34,994 nucleotides of DNA from Octopus bimaculoides (taxonomy: Eukaryota), in the NCBI RefSeq assembly GCF_001194135.2, contig NC_068983.1, positions 12,260,897 through 12,295,890 on the forward strand, read 5' to 3'. The position numbers were made by a program, and so were the translations under genes. Below the pieces are notes generated by a model that saw only the letters and a list, made by a program, of their open reading frames with translations, did not search any database and was not told the origin of the DNA. Below are positions 1-12,870 of the stretch, piece by piece (positions within the stretch are counted from its first letter, which is position 1; every line of letters begins with the position of its first letter).

Positions 1-129
1 TATATTTATCTTATGATATTTACTTTACTTTATATTATACTCATTTATTGTGCTTTTAATTATTAATTTTTCTATATGTGATAGTGGATTTTCATCGATG
101 AGTTCTTGAAAATTGGTTATTTTCCCTAA

Positions 130-171
<42 letters not shown>

Positions 172-204
172 ATGGATATATTCTCTGTGTGTATCTTTGT
201 GTCT

Positions 205-404
205 TGGTGTCTGTGTTTGTCCCTACATCATCGCTTGACAACCATTGTTGACAGTGTTTAGGTCCCCCATAACTTAGCGGTTCAGCAAAAGAGACCGATA
301 AAATAAATACCAAGCTTACAGAGAATAAGTCCTGGGGTCGGTTTGTTCGACTAAAGGCGGTGTTCCGGAATGGCTGCAGTCAAATAACTGAAACAAGTAA
401 AAGA

Positions 405-405
<1 letters not shown>
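205..405 (+). mobile_element. SINE family 1, 3' half only
   Basis: Matches the 3' half of the full copy at 31829-32280 (tgtttgtccc...cgcttgacaacc...aagtcctggggtcg...actgaaacaag). Preceded by an (AT)n/(GT)n tract; the 5' half is absent. Confidence 0.85.
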
Positions 406-478
<73 letters not shown>

Positions 479-496
479 ATATATATATATATATAT
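406..496. repeat. (ATCT)n plus (AT)n microsatellite
   Basis: Seen directly, at the SINE 3' end. Confidence 0.95.
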
Positions 497-1347
497 TAAT
501 GTATACATACATACTTATATATAAATATATGTATTTGTAGATGTATAGATATGTGCATATATATATGTATATTATATATTATACAGACACACACACACAG
601 ATACAGACACAGACATACACACAAATACACACACACACACAAATACGACCATATACACTTCTCACATTTGAAACCAATAGAAACAGCATATATAAATGTC
701 ATTTTACAAGCAATGTACTACATCTACTGACAGCATATCATTTCTACCTTTTTTTTCCTCGATTAATAATAAACATTGTCTTGTGAGTTAGATATCAAGC
801 AGTTCTTGGTTAGTATATTTCATATACAATTATTTTGTCAATGATATGTCCTGCTGTCATCAGCTGCCTTGTCTTACACACAATATTATTTTTCTGTCAG
901 GTTCAGATATAGTTTATCCACTGCTCGTTCGTATCTGCTCTTTTAGAAAAATGTCAGCCAGAAGATTTAATTATTAGTACTGTCACATCACAAAAGATTG
1001 AATTTTTCTGAATGTCTTTGGACTGGCAAAAATAAGCGTAAAATCTCCTCTAGGCATTGATTTAACTATGTATTAGGCGTCGTAAGTTTTAAATGGAAGG
1101 TTTTGCCATTGTTGAAGTATGAAAAGAAAAATGATTTATAAGGAAGAATCGCAAACCGTCTCGAATGGACGATAGATATATGTAACAAGATTAAATATAT
1201 GAAATTCGTCTTATATATTTTCATATATCCTGGTTTTGATTTCGTTTCGTCTACCGTTTTACAATCGTGATTTCAAAGAAATGAAACGATTTCTCTTAAG
1301 ATTTCCCTCGATGTCTAGAACTTCTTTAATGATATTTCTCAAAAACC

Positions 1348-1516
1348 ATAGGTGTAGGCATAGCTGTGTGGCTAAGACGTTCGTTTTGCAACGTCGTGAT
1401 TTCCATTTCAGTCTCACTGCGCGGCATCTTGGGCAAGTTACTTCTACTATAAAAAAAGGTCGACCAATGGCTTATGAGAGAATTTGATGAACGGAGAATG
1501 AATGGAATTCCATCGT
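1348..1516 (+). mobile_element. SINE family 1, diverged 5' half
   Basis: ggtgtaggcatagctgtgtgg...cactgcgcggcatcttgggcaagt...ttctactata aligns with 31833-31935. Runs into a (GT)n/(AT)n/(CA)n compound tract to about 1790. Confidence 0.75.
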
Positions 1517-1528
1517 GTATATGTGTGT

Positions 1529-1568
<40 letters not shown>

Positions 1569-1691
1569 GTGTGTATATGTACATATATATAATTATATAT
1601 ATGTATGTATATAATTATGTATATGTATATATACATATATACATATAGATTGATACAGAGAGAGAGATAGAGAAATATGTGTGTGTTGTAA

Positions 1692-1740
<49 letters not shown>

Positions 1741-1829
1741 TACATATATATATATATATATACACACGTATATCTACGCGCACGTACACAAATATGCAGC
1801 ACTCATGAATTCTTTGTTTGCTGCCGTAG

Positions 1830-2335
1830 AGTGAGACGCTCTGCTTCAAAAAGCTTTCTGAATTTCAGTTGCCTTTCATGATCTACGCTGTCATGTTTCA
1901 ATTTCAGAATATAAAACGGCCCTCCGCAGTGATTCTTTATACCTCGTTTGAATATTGTCGATCCAGCGCAACTGATACCTTTTGATCATCTCCTGGTTAA
2001 ATATCATTTCTCATCCTTCAACGACATATGTGTTGGCCTTCGCTTGCTTTCAGTTAATACCCCCAAAAAGGAGCAAAAAATTTGCTTGATGGAACAGCTC
2101 GAGCTGTTTGATATGACACCAACAATGAGTCCACGTCTTGCAAGCATAAAGAAGTGCGCTGATATTCGGGACACGAACACCTTGGTGATATTTTTGAATC
2201 CTTTGCTCTTGAAGGCTGATAGATTTCTCCACGCTACGACACCTACTCGGGATGCAAGTATTGAGATGATCTCATTGTCTAAGTCGCATTTGGATATGGA
2301 ACGATGGTACGAAATGCAGGAGACGTGTTCGGTCG
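1830..2335 (-). mobile_element. Decayed RTE-clade LINE fragment (late RT/thumb and C-terminal region)
   Basis: Minus-strand peptides SALLYACKTWTHCWCHIKQLELFHQ, YQLRW (1977-1963) and VLYSE match RTE/BovB motifs LLYGCETW...LERFHQ and QLRW.GH...LY.EL. Multiple frameshifts and stops. Confidence 0.85.
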
Positions 2336-3412
2336 GGTTGTTTATTTTATTTTGATGTTTTATTGAAGGTTCATTGAAATGTAAAAGTGGAGATCTAAGA
2401 TGTTAAGATTTAAAGTTTAGGAGCTAAATTAAAACCCGCAGGTTAAAGTTTAAAATTTGTATACTGGTGTCTGTTCGCTTGCTGGTTGGTAGTTGATAGT
2501 GTACATGGAAAGAGTAAGGAATGCACGGTGCTAACTAGAAAGGGAGAAAAGATAAAGGTGGCATCATCTTTCTTGGGGCCGAAAGCTTCTGTTTTGTGTC
2601 AGCCATGACTAAGGAGCAACACTCTACCTTCACCTTTCGCTCGATATACGAACAGAACAGAGTGGTAACATTTAGTAGAGATGGACTGGAAGTTGTCCCT
2701 CGTCGATTACTATCGCAAACAACATTAGCCTTCTTCTACTGAATAAACTTCGTAGATTGGTTAAACTACCCAAATACGACAACTTTAACACGAAATAACT
2801 TCTAAAATACGAAATTTTGTCAAAAATGTTTAAAGTAAACCGTGTTCTGCGTGAGAAATTACATTATACGAAGTTTCAAACTGTTTAGTTTAAAAAAAAT
2901 AATAATTAAAAAATTCTGTGAGCCAGACTTAACAGATCCCAGTTATTTTCTAAGGTACTAATTATGTTGATGGAGAAGATAATGAACGGATACACATAGG
3001 CATATTATAACGACCATGGAAATATGAAAGCAAGCGTTATGTGCACGGTTGAAGCCAGTGTTAATTCTAATAGAAGTACTGGCACTAACAATCCTAACTC
3101 TATTATAGCCATTATAACCACTAATACCTCTACTACAACTACAAAATATACTTACAATAATACTAATTCTACTACCAATTCCCATTTCTACCAAAATGTT
3201 ACCTGGATATTTATGCTGTGAAAACACTAATCATACTTTGCTATAATACTGCCTGGATTTACCTAGGATTTTAGCTAAGGACATGCGGACTAGCACCCTC
3301 GGAAAAATGAACTGTGAGCTGTTTTCCTTATTTCCTTACTAACTACTCTTCTATTTCATTGCTTATTATCTGTGAATTTTCCATGTCTAGATCCTTCATA
3401 TTTTCTCAATTT

Positions 3413-3488
3413 GTCTCCGATAACGGAATACTCCATATTTAGACATACTCGCCTATCATTTGGGATATCCCAGAAACAGCTGTAAGAC
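3413..3488 (+). ncRNA. Split or degenerate hammerhead-like motif in a Penelope-like terminal segment
   Basis: GTCT-CCGATAA-(C)GGA ATAC TCC at 3413-3434, then TGGG ATAT CCCA-GAAA-CAGCTG-TA-AGAC at 3461-3488. GTCT can pair with AGAC. A T-rich tract lies upstream. Confidence 0.4.
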
Positions 3489-3704
3489 CTCATCTAATTT
3501 AAGAATAATAATGTGTATGACTTGAGATACTTATTATGCCTTGGCATTTGTTGTCCTCTTTTACCAATATATATCCGCTTTATCGGAAACCTAAAATAAT
3601 TCCAAATCAACTGTCTTGGTTACGAGCTTGGGGTCCTGATAACTCGTTACAACACTTGCCCAGCGTACGTATTCGTTTAGATCACCAGTGAACTAAATAC
3701 CCGT

Positions 3705-3710
3705 ATCCTA

Positions 3711-3744
<34 letters not shown>

Positions 3745-3810
3745 CATACATATATGCATACATACATACATACATACATACATACATACATACATACATA
3801 CATACATACT
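3705..3810. repeat. (CATA)n microsatellite
   Basis: Seen directly. Confidence 0.95.
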
Positions 3811-3820
3811 CTCTCTCTCT

Positions 3821-4237
3821 CTTTACTCTTTTACATGTTTCACTCATTTGACTGCGGCCATGCTGGAGCACCGCCTTTAGTCGAGAAAATCGACCCCAGA
3901 GCTTATTCGTTGTATGCCTAGTACTTATTCTATCGGCCTTTTTGCCGAACCGCCAAGTTACAGGAACGGAAACACACCAGCATCGGTTGTCAAACAATGT
4001 TGGGGGACAAACACAGACGCACAAACATATAAACACACATAACTATAATATATATATATATACATATATACGACGGGCTTCTTCCAGTTTCCGTCTACCA
4101 AATCTACTAACAAGGCTTTGGTCGGCCCGAGGCTATAGCAGAAGACACTTGGCCAAGGTGTTTACGCAGTGGGACTGAACCCGGAACCATGTGATTGGTA
4201 AGCAAGCTACTTAACACACAGCCACTCCTGCGCCTAC
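3821..4237 (-). mobile_element. SINE family 1, full length (tRNA-derived head, internal microsatellite)
   Basis: Reverse complement aligns end to end with 31829-32280. A-box-like TGGCTGTGTG and B-box-like GGTTCAGTCCC are present. Confidence 0.92.
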
Positions 4238-4549
4238 ATACATACGTATACACACATACATACATTTGTGCATATGTATCTAGTTACATATATGTGTTAG
4301 CTATTACTTTCCAATCAAGAACTCAATTATATGTGAAAATCGATAGTTTAGAAGCGTCACCTATGTTCTTCTGGGTGAAATTGCCTGAAATGCAACTCCT
4401 AAGGCTAAAAAGAAGGTCACGTATTGTAGTTTATATCCATATTTGAACAAGTCTACTTCTCTATGTTTCTGGCATTTTTATATCGATTCGAAAGTAATTA
4501 AAGTCACAGTGATTCTCAAACTTATTCAACCGGAGTTCTCTTGTTAGTA

Positions 4550-4710
4550 AAGCAACGTGGTTAAAAAGCTTGCTCTGCATGCAATATGGTTCTGGGTTTG
4601 GTCCAGCACTGTATATGCAACAGATGTCTTTCTCCATAGCCACGGCCCGGCGCAAGCGGTTTCTGAATGAGATTTGAGGACCGAAACTTTGCAAGTTCAT
4701 GCATTCATAC
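4550..4710 (+). mobile_element. SINE family 1, old diverged 5' half
   Basis: gtggttaaaaagcttgc...atggttctgggtttggtcc...gtctttctccatagcc...gaaact aligns loosely with the family 1 head. Followed by (CA)n. Confidence 0.6.
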
Positions 4711-4730
4711 ACCTAAACACAAAGACGTGT

Positions 4731-4743
4731 GACACACACACAC

Positions 4744-4839
<96 letters not shown>

Positions 4840-4870
4840 ACAAACACACACAAACACACAAAAACACACA
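4731..4870. repeat. (CA)n microsatellite
   Basis: Seen directly. Confidence 0.95.
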
Positions 4871-4873
4871 CAA

Positions 4874-5047
4874 GCGAGCGAGCTGCCAGACTCGTTAGCA
4901 CACCGAACGAAACGCTTAGCGGTATTTCGTCTGCCGTTACGTTCCGAGTTCAAATTCCGCCGAGCTCGACTTTCGATGTAATCGACTTAATCCCCTTGTT
5001 TGTCCCCTCTATGTTTAGCCCCTTGTGGGCAATAAAGAAATAAGAAA
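4874..5047 (+). mobile_element. SINE family 2 (tRNA-derived), internally deleted
   Basis: A-box-like gagctgccagactcg and B box GAGTTCAAATTCC (4946-4958). 3' end ...gtgggcaataaagaaataag. Homologous to 29303-29506 on the minus strand. Confidence 0.88.
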
Positions 5048-5237
5048 CAGACACAAGCACATAAACTCCCACTTACATGCAAACAAATACAAATAAACAT
5101 ATAACGCAAACACACACATATAATGCTCCCTTTCTCTCTCGCACACGCACAGAAACACACGTGCACACATACGCGCACACAGACAACATATAGACTCACA
5201 CATGCTTACGCAAACATACAAATATATACACATAACA

Positions 5238-5275
<38 letters not shown>

Positions 5276-5859
5276 ACCCATATCTGTATACTGGGTCATT
5301 TTCATTCTGTTCCCAGTGTTCAATTGTGTAGTAATATTGTATAATAATTACGAAAATCACATTCGTGTTTTACACAAATTAAGAATAAAGGAAGTTCAGA
5401 CGTTTAAACTTGATACTTTTTATTAATGCTAACCAGATGCCGCCATTATAGATATACCGGAAGTCACAATTTTTATGAATTGATAAGAAATTGAAAACAT
5501 TGGGAGACCTTGAAATATTTCCTTGATTTATAATTAAAAAAATTGGGATCTTTTGAGGAAAATCAGTCAATACAAACAAAAAAGATTCTCCACATTTCTA
5601 TGTGTGTATTGAAATTGCGATAAACAGTGCGTCGAACAAAAATAATTCGTTGTAATTATTTCACTCAAGTTATACAAAGACCACTATGTTGGTTTTATCG
5701 ATGACAGTTGAAGCGACAACCAAAAGTTCGCTATCGCGCATGTATCATAAAAGAAAAAATTCTCAGCAAAAGCATGGATGGGAGCAGCAACAAAATACAA
5801 GGATAAAGAGTGTTGGGGCAAGGATGTCACCTTGCGTGACACCTTTCTCTACAGGGATA

Positions 5860-6400
5860 GTTTCCACCATCCCTGTAGAAACTGAAAGAGAAGTTTGTCA
5901 ACCTGGGCAGCACACTTAGCTGTCCTTGCTCCTTGGATGATGAAACATATATTTAAGGCTTCAGAAAACAACTGATTCCTTCAGAGCTCTTGAAGTTTGT
6001 GTCTGGTCCCTATATGTTATTACAAGACGAAAAAAGGTTGATGTGTACCATGCGTGTGTGTACTGAAGTTGCTCCTTTACTCATTTGAGAGATCGGTCCT
6101 TTATAGGTTTCATGTAAGGGTCTTTGAACGTTTCCATCAGAGATGTCTGAGACACATTCTGAAAGAAGGCTGGTTCGTGTAGATTACATATACTGAGGTC
6201 TTAAGGCGAGTTGATGTCATGAGCACTGAGGCGATGGTTCACAAGCACCAATTACGTTGGACTAGACAACATTTTCGGAAAATGGTCAGAGGATCCCTAA
6301 GAAGATGGTATACAATGAACTTGTTTGTGGAAATCGCTCCCAGCAGAAAGCAGGTCTACAGTTCAAGGATTGTATAAAGTCGTCGTTGAAGGCATGGGAA
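5860..6400 (+). mobile_element. Decayed RTE-clade LINE fragment
   Basis: EKFVNLGSTLS (from 5888), FERFHQRCLRHIL (from 6123), HQLRW (6246-6260) and QFKDCIKSSLK are typical RTE motifs. The frame is broken. Confidence 0.88.
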
Positions 6401-6725
6401 TGTCAATGAAATAAGCAATGCCCGGCATTGACATCGGTAGAGGCAAGAAGTAAAGTAATGAGTATTTTTGGATACACGCGTACTTTTCCTTTTCAATTTA
6501 AGCGTGCTGCTCGAAAACGTACCGCCAATGAATGGGGAAAATTTAATGTGAAGTTTTTTTATGGACGTGTAAGTATATAAAACATGCATACATATATACA
6601 CATGTATATAGAAATTTTAAATATATATATATATATATACATTTCATGTATTGCAGTTAAATAAAATTTCTTGCATACAATATACCCATAAATAGCTATG
6701 AAAAGAGGGAATGAAAAATCAAGTC

Positions 6726-6960
6726 ATATTTGCTCATCTATCTATCAATTTCTCTCTCATTATTTCATTTCTTTCACTCCCTCATTTACTCGCTATTTCT
6801 ACTTATCTTTCCATTTCATTTAGAAATGAGTTTTCAGGAATAAAATATATAGTTATATTTGCTCATCTATGTATCAACTCAGCTCATTTTAATCTTATTA
6901 GCTCACTCATTCTTTCGTTATTTTTCTTATCTTTCCATCCCATTTAAAACTGACTTTTCT
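6726..6960. repeat. Diverged tandem duplication, period about 129 bp
   Basis: atatttgctcatctat occurs at 6726 and 6855, and cttatctttccat occurs once in each unit. Confidence 0.7.
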
Positions 6961-7486
6961 AATCAAACGTAACAGTTCACTCTCAACACATTCTCATCTC
7001 ACCTGTTTTTAAATATATATATATATATATATATTCTATTCAAAGGTGTTATACATGTACATACCTTTTTATTTTTATTGCGTGGTTTTACAATTTTAAT
7101 CATAATGTCACCGTTACTTTATATTTTTTCCAACGCTGTCATTACTTCTAGTCTGTTAGGTATTTTACAGTTTCTCCAATGATAGGGTATATTGATTGAA
7201 AGTTAATTAGAGTAGCTATAGGAGACCTTTCTCTGACTGAGAGCTTGATGTAGATAACTGATACGCATCCAGGCTTTCTTAAAAAAATGTCAACATGTCA
7301 CCATCTTCAGGTTTCAGAATCATTAAGGTAATTAATTTAACAGAAGAAAACTTCTAAATTTAAAACATTGCGTAATACAATGCCTGCTCACAGTTATCAT
7401 CGTTCGAGAATTTTAGATCTTTCACTTCTTTGGGGGATTTATATGAGATATAGTGAAATCCATTTATCCATTTATATATATATATA

Positions 7487-7652
7487 NNNNNNNNNNNNNN
7501 NNNNNNNNNNNNNNNNNNNNNNNNNNNNNNNNNNNNNNNNNNNNNNNNNNNNNNNNNNNNNNNNNNNNNNNNNNNNNNNNNNNNNNNNNNNNNNNNNNNN
7601 NNNNNNNNNNNNNNNNNNNNNNNNNNNNNNNNNNNNNNNNNNNNNNNNNNNN
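7487..7652. other. Assembly gap
   Basis: N run flanked by (AT)n. Other gaps are at 10114-10345, 13137-13275, 26875-27093 and 30337-30757. Confidence 0.99.
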
Positions 7653-7663
7653 TATATATATAC

Positions 7664-7700
<37 letters not shown>

Positions 7701-7827
7701 TAACTAGATAGATTGATAGACAAATATATTAACGGTCTCATGAAATCAAAGAACACTAATAAAAGACAACATGGTAGGAACATATTTTGACAAACGCATT
7801 TGTTTAACACGTTAAAAGTGGAAGAAG

Positions 7828-7868
7828 ATTCTAGGTGTTTGGAAAGCCAGTCCTTCATCAGGAGGAAG
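7828..7868 (-). ncRNA. Degenerate minimal hammerhead motif (Penelope pLTR-like remnant)
   Basis: Minus strand CTTCCTC-CTGATGA-A-GGA CTGGCTT TCC-AAA-CACC-TA-GAA. The first core box is intact; G12 of GAAA is missing. Flanks are T-rich. Confidence 0.5.
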
Positions 7869-8497
7869 ATAGAGAAGTAATAAGGGAGAAGAATAAATAA
7901 AAATAGGTTGTTGTACAAGAAAAAAATATAAAAACGAAGGTGTTAGGGACAACGGTGAATGGGCTTCGCTTCGGTTGTTAGGAAAGAGAGACAGGAGACA
8001 ATGACGTGTATTCATGCATGAGAATATGTTCATGTATTCATATAAGTGAAGGGAACGTATCAGCGTATAGTATTTTGCGTGTGTGTATTTGGGTGCGGAG
8101 ACAGGTTTGTACGGCCCCTCTTAGTGATATTGATAACATGTAATCCAGAGCAACATGTTGTGTGGTCAGGTTAGGGTCAGGGTTATGTATAGACCTGAAC
8201 TTATAATTTGGATCGAGTACCTACAAATTTCTGAATAGTTCAGCGTAGGTATTTTCTCTTTCGCTGATCTTTAGCTTTATGTTAACATCCACTGGTGAAC
8301 TGATTTCCACAACTGTACACTGTGTCTCTCCTCTAGCCCAAATTATTATATCAGTATTATGTTTACAGCTTATTAAGGTTTTCAGGACTCCCTTTTATTC
8401 CACCAGAACTCCTTTTTATTATGAATGGCTCTGGCTTCCACCATACTATGGGTTCTTATTTCTTTGATCACGGGGTTATCCTTTCGATGGATTTCGT

Positions 8498-8529
<32 letters not shown>

Positions 8530-9759
8530 TACAGGCATGCATATAATTATGTCTGTAAGTATCTACGTAAGTATGTATGTATACACACATATATACATAT
8601 GAATAAAGAGATATGTTATATGAAAGTATTAGCGCTCGTGTGTTTAAAGGTGTTCTTGGTAATCTGAATATTTAACTGCAATCATTTTGCTGGCGATAAA
8701 TTTTTGAGATTTCTTACACTTTAAGAGTTATGAGAGACCAGTTTGAAAGCCGATAATCGATAAGTTTCGGTACCAAATCTCCCCAGCCCCAAACCAAAGA
8801 GTAAACATCATTGATAGTTCTAAAGTTGTGAATATGATCAAAACTGAACATGATAATTTTCGATACGTATCAGAAACTTCATACAATTCAGGAATATCGT
8901 ATCACCGTATATCGATAATTCCATTTCATTGTATATAATCGATAATTTTAATCCATTCAGTGTTTTGGATTGGCTTACTATCCTATGTCTATTCGAAATA
9001 GTTGTATCAATATGATATAGAATTACATTCAAATAGGCCAGGTGTTCCAACGCATTGAAAACATTTCGTTGTTTTACGAGAGTACCCAATAATCTAATTA
9101 GTTTCGACACAGCATATTGTTCGGAATAATTACACAATTACAGAGGAATACCATATAAAGTAAACATTCAAAGAGAGAGTTTAGCTTTTATACAGTGAAA
9201 ACGAAGAATCGAAAATTCAGAGCCAGCGTTTAAATGTGTCACAAATACTAAACGTAGGTTTTACATATTCCATTATATCGTAACAAACACTTATAGACAT
9301 CACATACACTCATACACACACATATAGATATGTTTGTATGTATGTATGTATGTATGTATGTATGTATGTATGTATGTATGTATGTATGCATAGGCGTACA
9401 TTCAATGTGTGTTTCTTTGGGTGCTGGCTGCTATATGTTATTTGTCGTAGCTCATTTTTGATTAAATTTTGTAGATTACCCAGGCCGTATATACGTTCCA
9501 TTCATTTTTATGCATTTGAGTCCATTCTTCTCTGGATGGCATCTATTGAAGAAAAGGAAAGTTGCTGACACGGGTCAGTATCTGTCCTTTTGTTTAATAG
9601 TATGTCATTTTGGAGAAATTCATGGTTTCTGAGATTTAGCTCCTCTTCACATTTGGGTCTGGTCTTATTTGCCATTGGGTGATTAAGACGCATCCTCTAG
9701 AGCCGGAGATTAATGGTATTTCATATATATGTATTTGCCTTTGTTGTATGCATGCCTTC

Positions 9760-9792
<33 letters not shown>

Positions 9793-10078
9793 CATACATA
9801 CTTACATGCGTACGTGCGTACGTACGTACGTACATACAAGAGCAAACCTGAGCGAACACTCCAAACCCAATCTATTACTGGCACAGTGCAGATTAGTAAG
9901 ACATTTCAAAAATTCTCAATCTGAGATGCTTATGTGAATAGATGCACATATATGGAAGTATGCATCGACAGTTCAAGTACACTAACTCAACCACATATTT
10001 CAAAACACAGAGAAGTCTCTAAACTCAAGTCTTGTCGTTCTGTTAGCAACCGGCTTAAAGTTTCTCAAGAACGACTTA

Positions 10079-10113
<35 letters not shown>

Positions 10114-10637
10114 NNNNNNNNNNNNNNNNNNNNNNNNNNNNNNNNNNNNNNNNNNNNNNNNNNNNNNNNNNNNNNNNNNNNNNNNNNNNNNNNNNNNNNN
10201 NNNNNNNNNNNNNNNNNNNNNNNNNNNNNNNNNNNNNNNNNNNNNNNNNNNNNNNNNNNNNNNNNNNNNNNNNNNNNNNNNNNNNNNNNNNNNNNNNNNN
10301 NNNNNNNNNNNNNNNNNNNNNNNNNNNNNNNNNNNNNNNNNNNNNACATGAACACACATGCATTCGTGGAGAACGAAAAAATTGCATACGTATGCAGCTA
10401 TAGCAAACGGTAGATTCAGCAGCTCCACCAATCTTTCCATTCAGACACCGCAAAATGACAAATAAATATGAAAAGAAAAAAAGAAAAACATTTTTTGAAA
10501 AACAAGCAATAATAAAATTAAAAACTAAATATAATATCAATAATTCATGCGAAACACAAAATACATAAATATGCTGCAACATTTTTGCATATATGCAAAA
10601 ATACATTGATTGAAATCATTTAAAAAAAAAAGCACAA

Positions 10638-10699
<62 letters not shown>

Positions 10700-10809
10700 A
10701 TGCTTTCATTTATTTGCCACAAGGGCGAAGGATGAGGGGAACAAATAATAATAAGAATGATGATGATGATAATAATAATAATAATAATAATAATAATTAT
10801 AACAATAAC

Positions 10810-10840
<31 letters not shown>

Positions 10841-10858
10841 GTAATAATAATAACTTTA
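10638..10858. repeat. (TAC)n and (AAT)n microsatellites
   Basis: Seen directly. Confidence 0.95.
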
Positions 10859-11287
10859 ACAATAAATCAATAAAATTGACTGAAGGAAGTAAAGGAAAAT
10901 AGGAAATAAAATTTTAAAATATAGAAGTGATACATAAAGGAATTTAGGAAAATCAATTAAGTATGAAAAATAAAAAGAAGTCATTTAGGAAATTCAATAG
11001 ACCTTTATCAAATCATATTTCCTCTGTTTTTTTTTTATTTATTTTATATATTGTTTTTTTTTTGTTTTTCAAAAATATATTTTTTTGTTCTTTGGTATAT
11101 TGTTAATAACTAAAACGATGAAGAAATTACTGAAGGAAAATTATATTTGACCCGCTTCATTTAGATTTCGTCTATCAATAGACCTTAGAATATTTATTTA
11201 TTTTTTCTTATATTTTATTTTGTTTTTGTCTTGATTAATGAACGGCAAATGTTAAAAAGAAAGGTTCAGAAACAGTAAAGCAAGACT

Positions 11288-11340
11288 ATTATTATTATTA
11301 TTATTATCATTATTATTATAATTGTTAATATTGTTGTTAA

Positions 11341-11395
<55 letters not shown>

Positions 11396-11492
11396 GTTAT
11401 TATTATTATTTCTGTTGTTGTTAATGCTATTGCTGTTATCAGCATTACTATTAATTCATATTTTTCTATTGCTTAAAATAATGATGACAATG

Positions 11493-11550
<58 letters not shown>
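11288..11550. repeat. Degenerate (ATT)n followed by (AAT)n
   Basis: Seen directly. The two tracts are inverted relative to each other. Confidence 0.9.
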
Positions 11551-11552
<2 letters not shown>

Positions 11553-11939
11553 GGTGTTGTTGTTGTTATTGTTCCTGTTGTTAATTTTCATCTCTATTGA
11601 ATTCGTTAATTTAATTACATTAGTCATATTTACTATATTTCTATGAGTTTTTTTTTTCTGTTACACAAATTAATTTTTAAAGAAATATTGCTTAAAACGT
11701 TAAAAATTTTAACCATTAAAATCTAAATAAAGTCAATTAAAAAGTAAAACAAATTAGCATTAGCAACACTGTGCATTGCAGCAATAACAAACTCAGCAAC
11801 ATCAACAGTAACTATAGCAACGGCAAGAAACAAACAAACCATCGACTTGAAACGTAGCAGCGGCTGCCAAATATAGTACTAGCAAAAGTTTAAAAAAAAA
11901 AAACCATTCAGCCTAACAGCACCGAAGGAATTTTAAGAG

Positions 11940-11940
<1 letters not shown>

Positions 11941-12034
<94 letters not shown>

Positions 12035-12059
12035 AATAATAATAATAATAATAATGATA

Positions 12060-12100
<41 letters not shown>
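11941..12100. repeat. (AAT)n(GAT)n(AAT)n flipping to (ATT)n at about 12060
   Basis: Seen directly. Confidence 0.95.
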
Positions 12101-12101
<1 letters not shown>

Positions 12102-12385
12102 TCATTTATTGGCCACTGGGGCCGACATATAGAGGATGATACGGTCGATGGGGACAGTGGGGTTTTACACAAAGCAACGAGTAAACAATTAGGAAAACAA
12201 CAATAATAAGCATTAAACAAGAAAAATATAACAATGAGATTTCCCCCGAAGGGGGCGCGAAGGATGACCACCCAGGGTTGTCTCAGGTACGACATCCCAC
12301 AAAAAAAAAATAATGCAATACAATGCCGGGAAATGTTTGCATACTTCAAAGAAGGAAAACATAACACACGTTGCTGCACACCAGG
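12101..12385 (-). mobile_element. 3' end (UTR) of a non-LTR retroelement, possibly L1/Tx1-like
   Basis: On the minus strand, a GC-richer segment ends in AATAAA followed by an (AAT)n tail (12100-12061). It contains a C(UUCG)G hairpin at 12243-12255. The clade assignment is from recall only. Confidence 0.55.
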
Positions 12386-12410
12386 TAATGCAATAGAAAC
12401 TATCGAATGT

Positions 12411-12478
<68 letters not shown>

Positions 12479-12479
<1 letters not shown>

Positions 12480-12870
12480 CCCTGATGCAGTAGCAGCCAG
12501 TGGCTCTCATGGCTTCTGGTCTTAAATGACTGGAAGTGGTATCATGTACATTTTTTATCCTGGTATAAAAGATGGGCTACAGCAAATATTCTGCTCAATA
12601 CCACAGATTTGCTTCTCAGTTGTTTAACCGTAACCAAATTGAGCATGTCCCTTGGTGGCTGACGATATGTGCATCTCTGATCACCAGCAGGAGTAGTGGA
12701 GAAGCATCATGGCTATGTGTCTGAAAGAATTCTTTGGTGCTTGGATAATTCACCTTCGGAAACATGGGTGTTTCGTTCAGTATCTTTAAACAACCCTTAT
12801 TTAGGGACCTTTTGAGCGGGATGGGCTACTCGACCTGAAGAAAATTCTAACTGTGCCCTACCTGCAAGGT
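12479..12870. mobile_element. Dispersed non-coding repeat abutting (AAT)n
   Basis: The first ~130 bp recur at 22029-22161, again directly after an (AAT)n tract. No ORF. Confidence 0.75.

Noticed and set aside
4660-4705. CTGAATGA...GAAAC with a possible stem III
   Set aside because: No stem I, a poor stem II, and the segment aligns with the decayed SINE family 1 body.
7280-7315. CTGAAGATGG...GAAAG on the minus strand
   Set aside because: No convincing stem II next to GAAA, and no stem III or NUH triplet.
8164-8185. TTAGGG-like degenerate repeats
   Set aside because: Only about 3 imperfect units, too few for a telomeric or interstitial array call.
9508-9693. Non-repetitive 61-aa ORF (MRLNHPMANKTRPKC...)
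   Set aside because: No recognisable motif, and no open frame runs between plausible splice sites.
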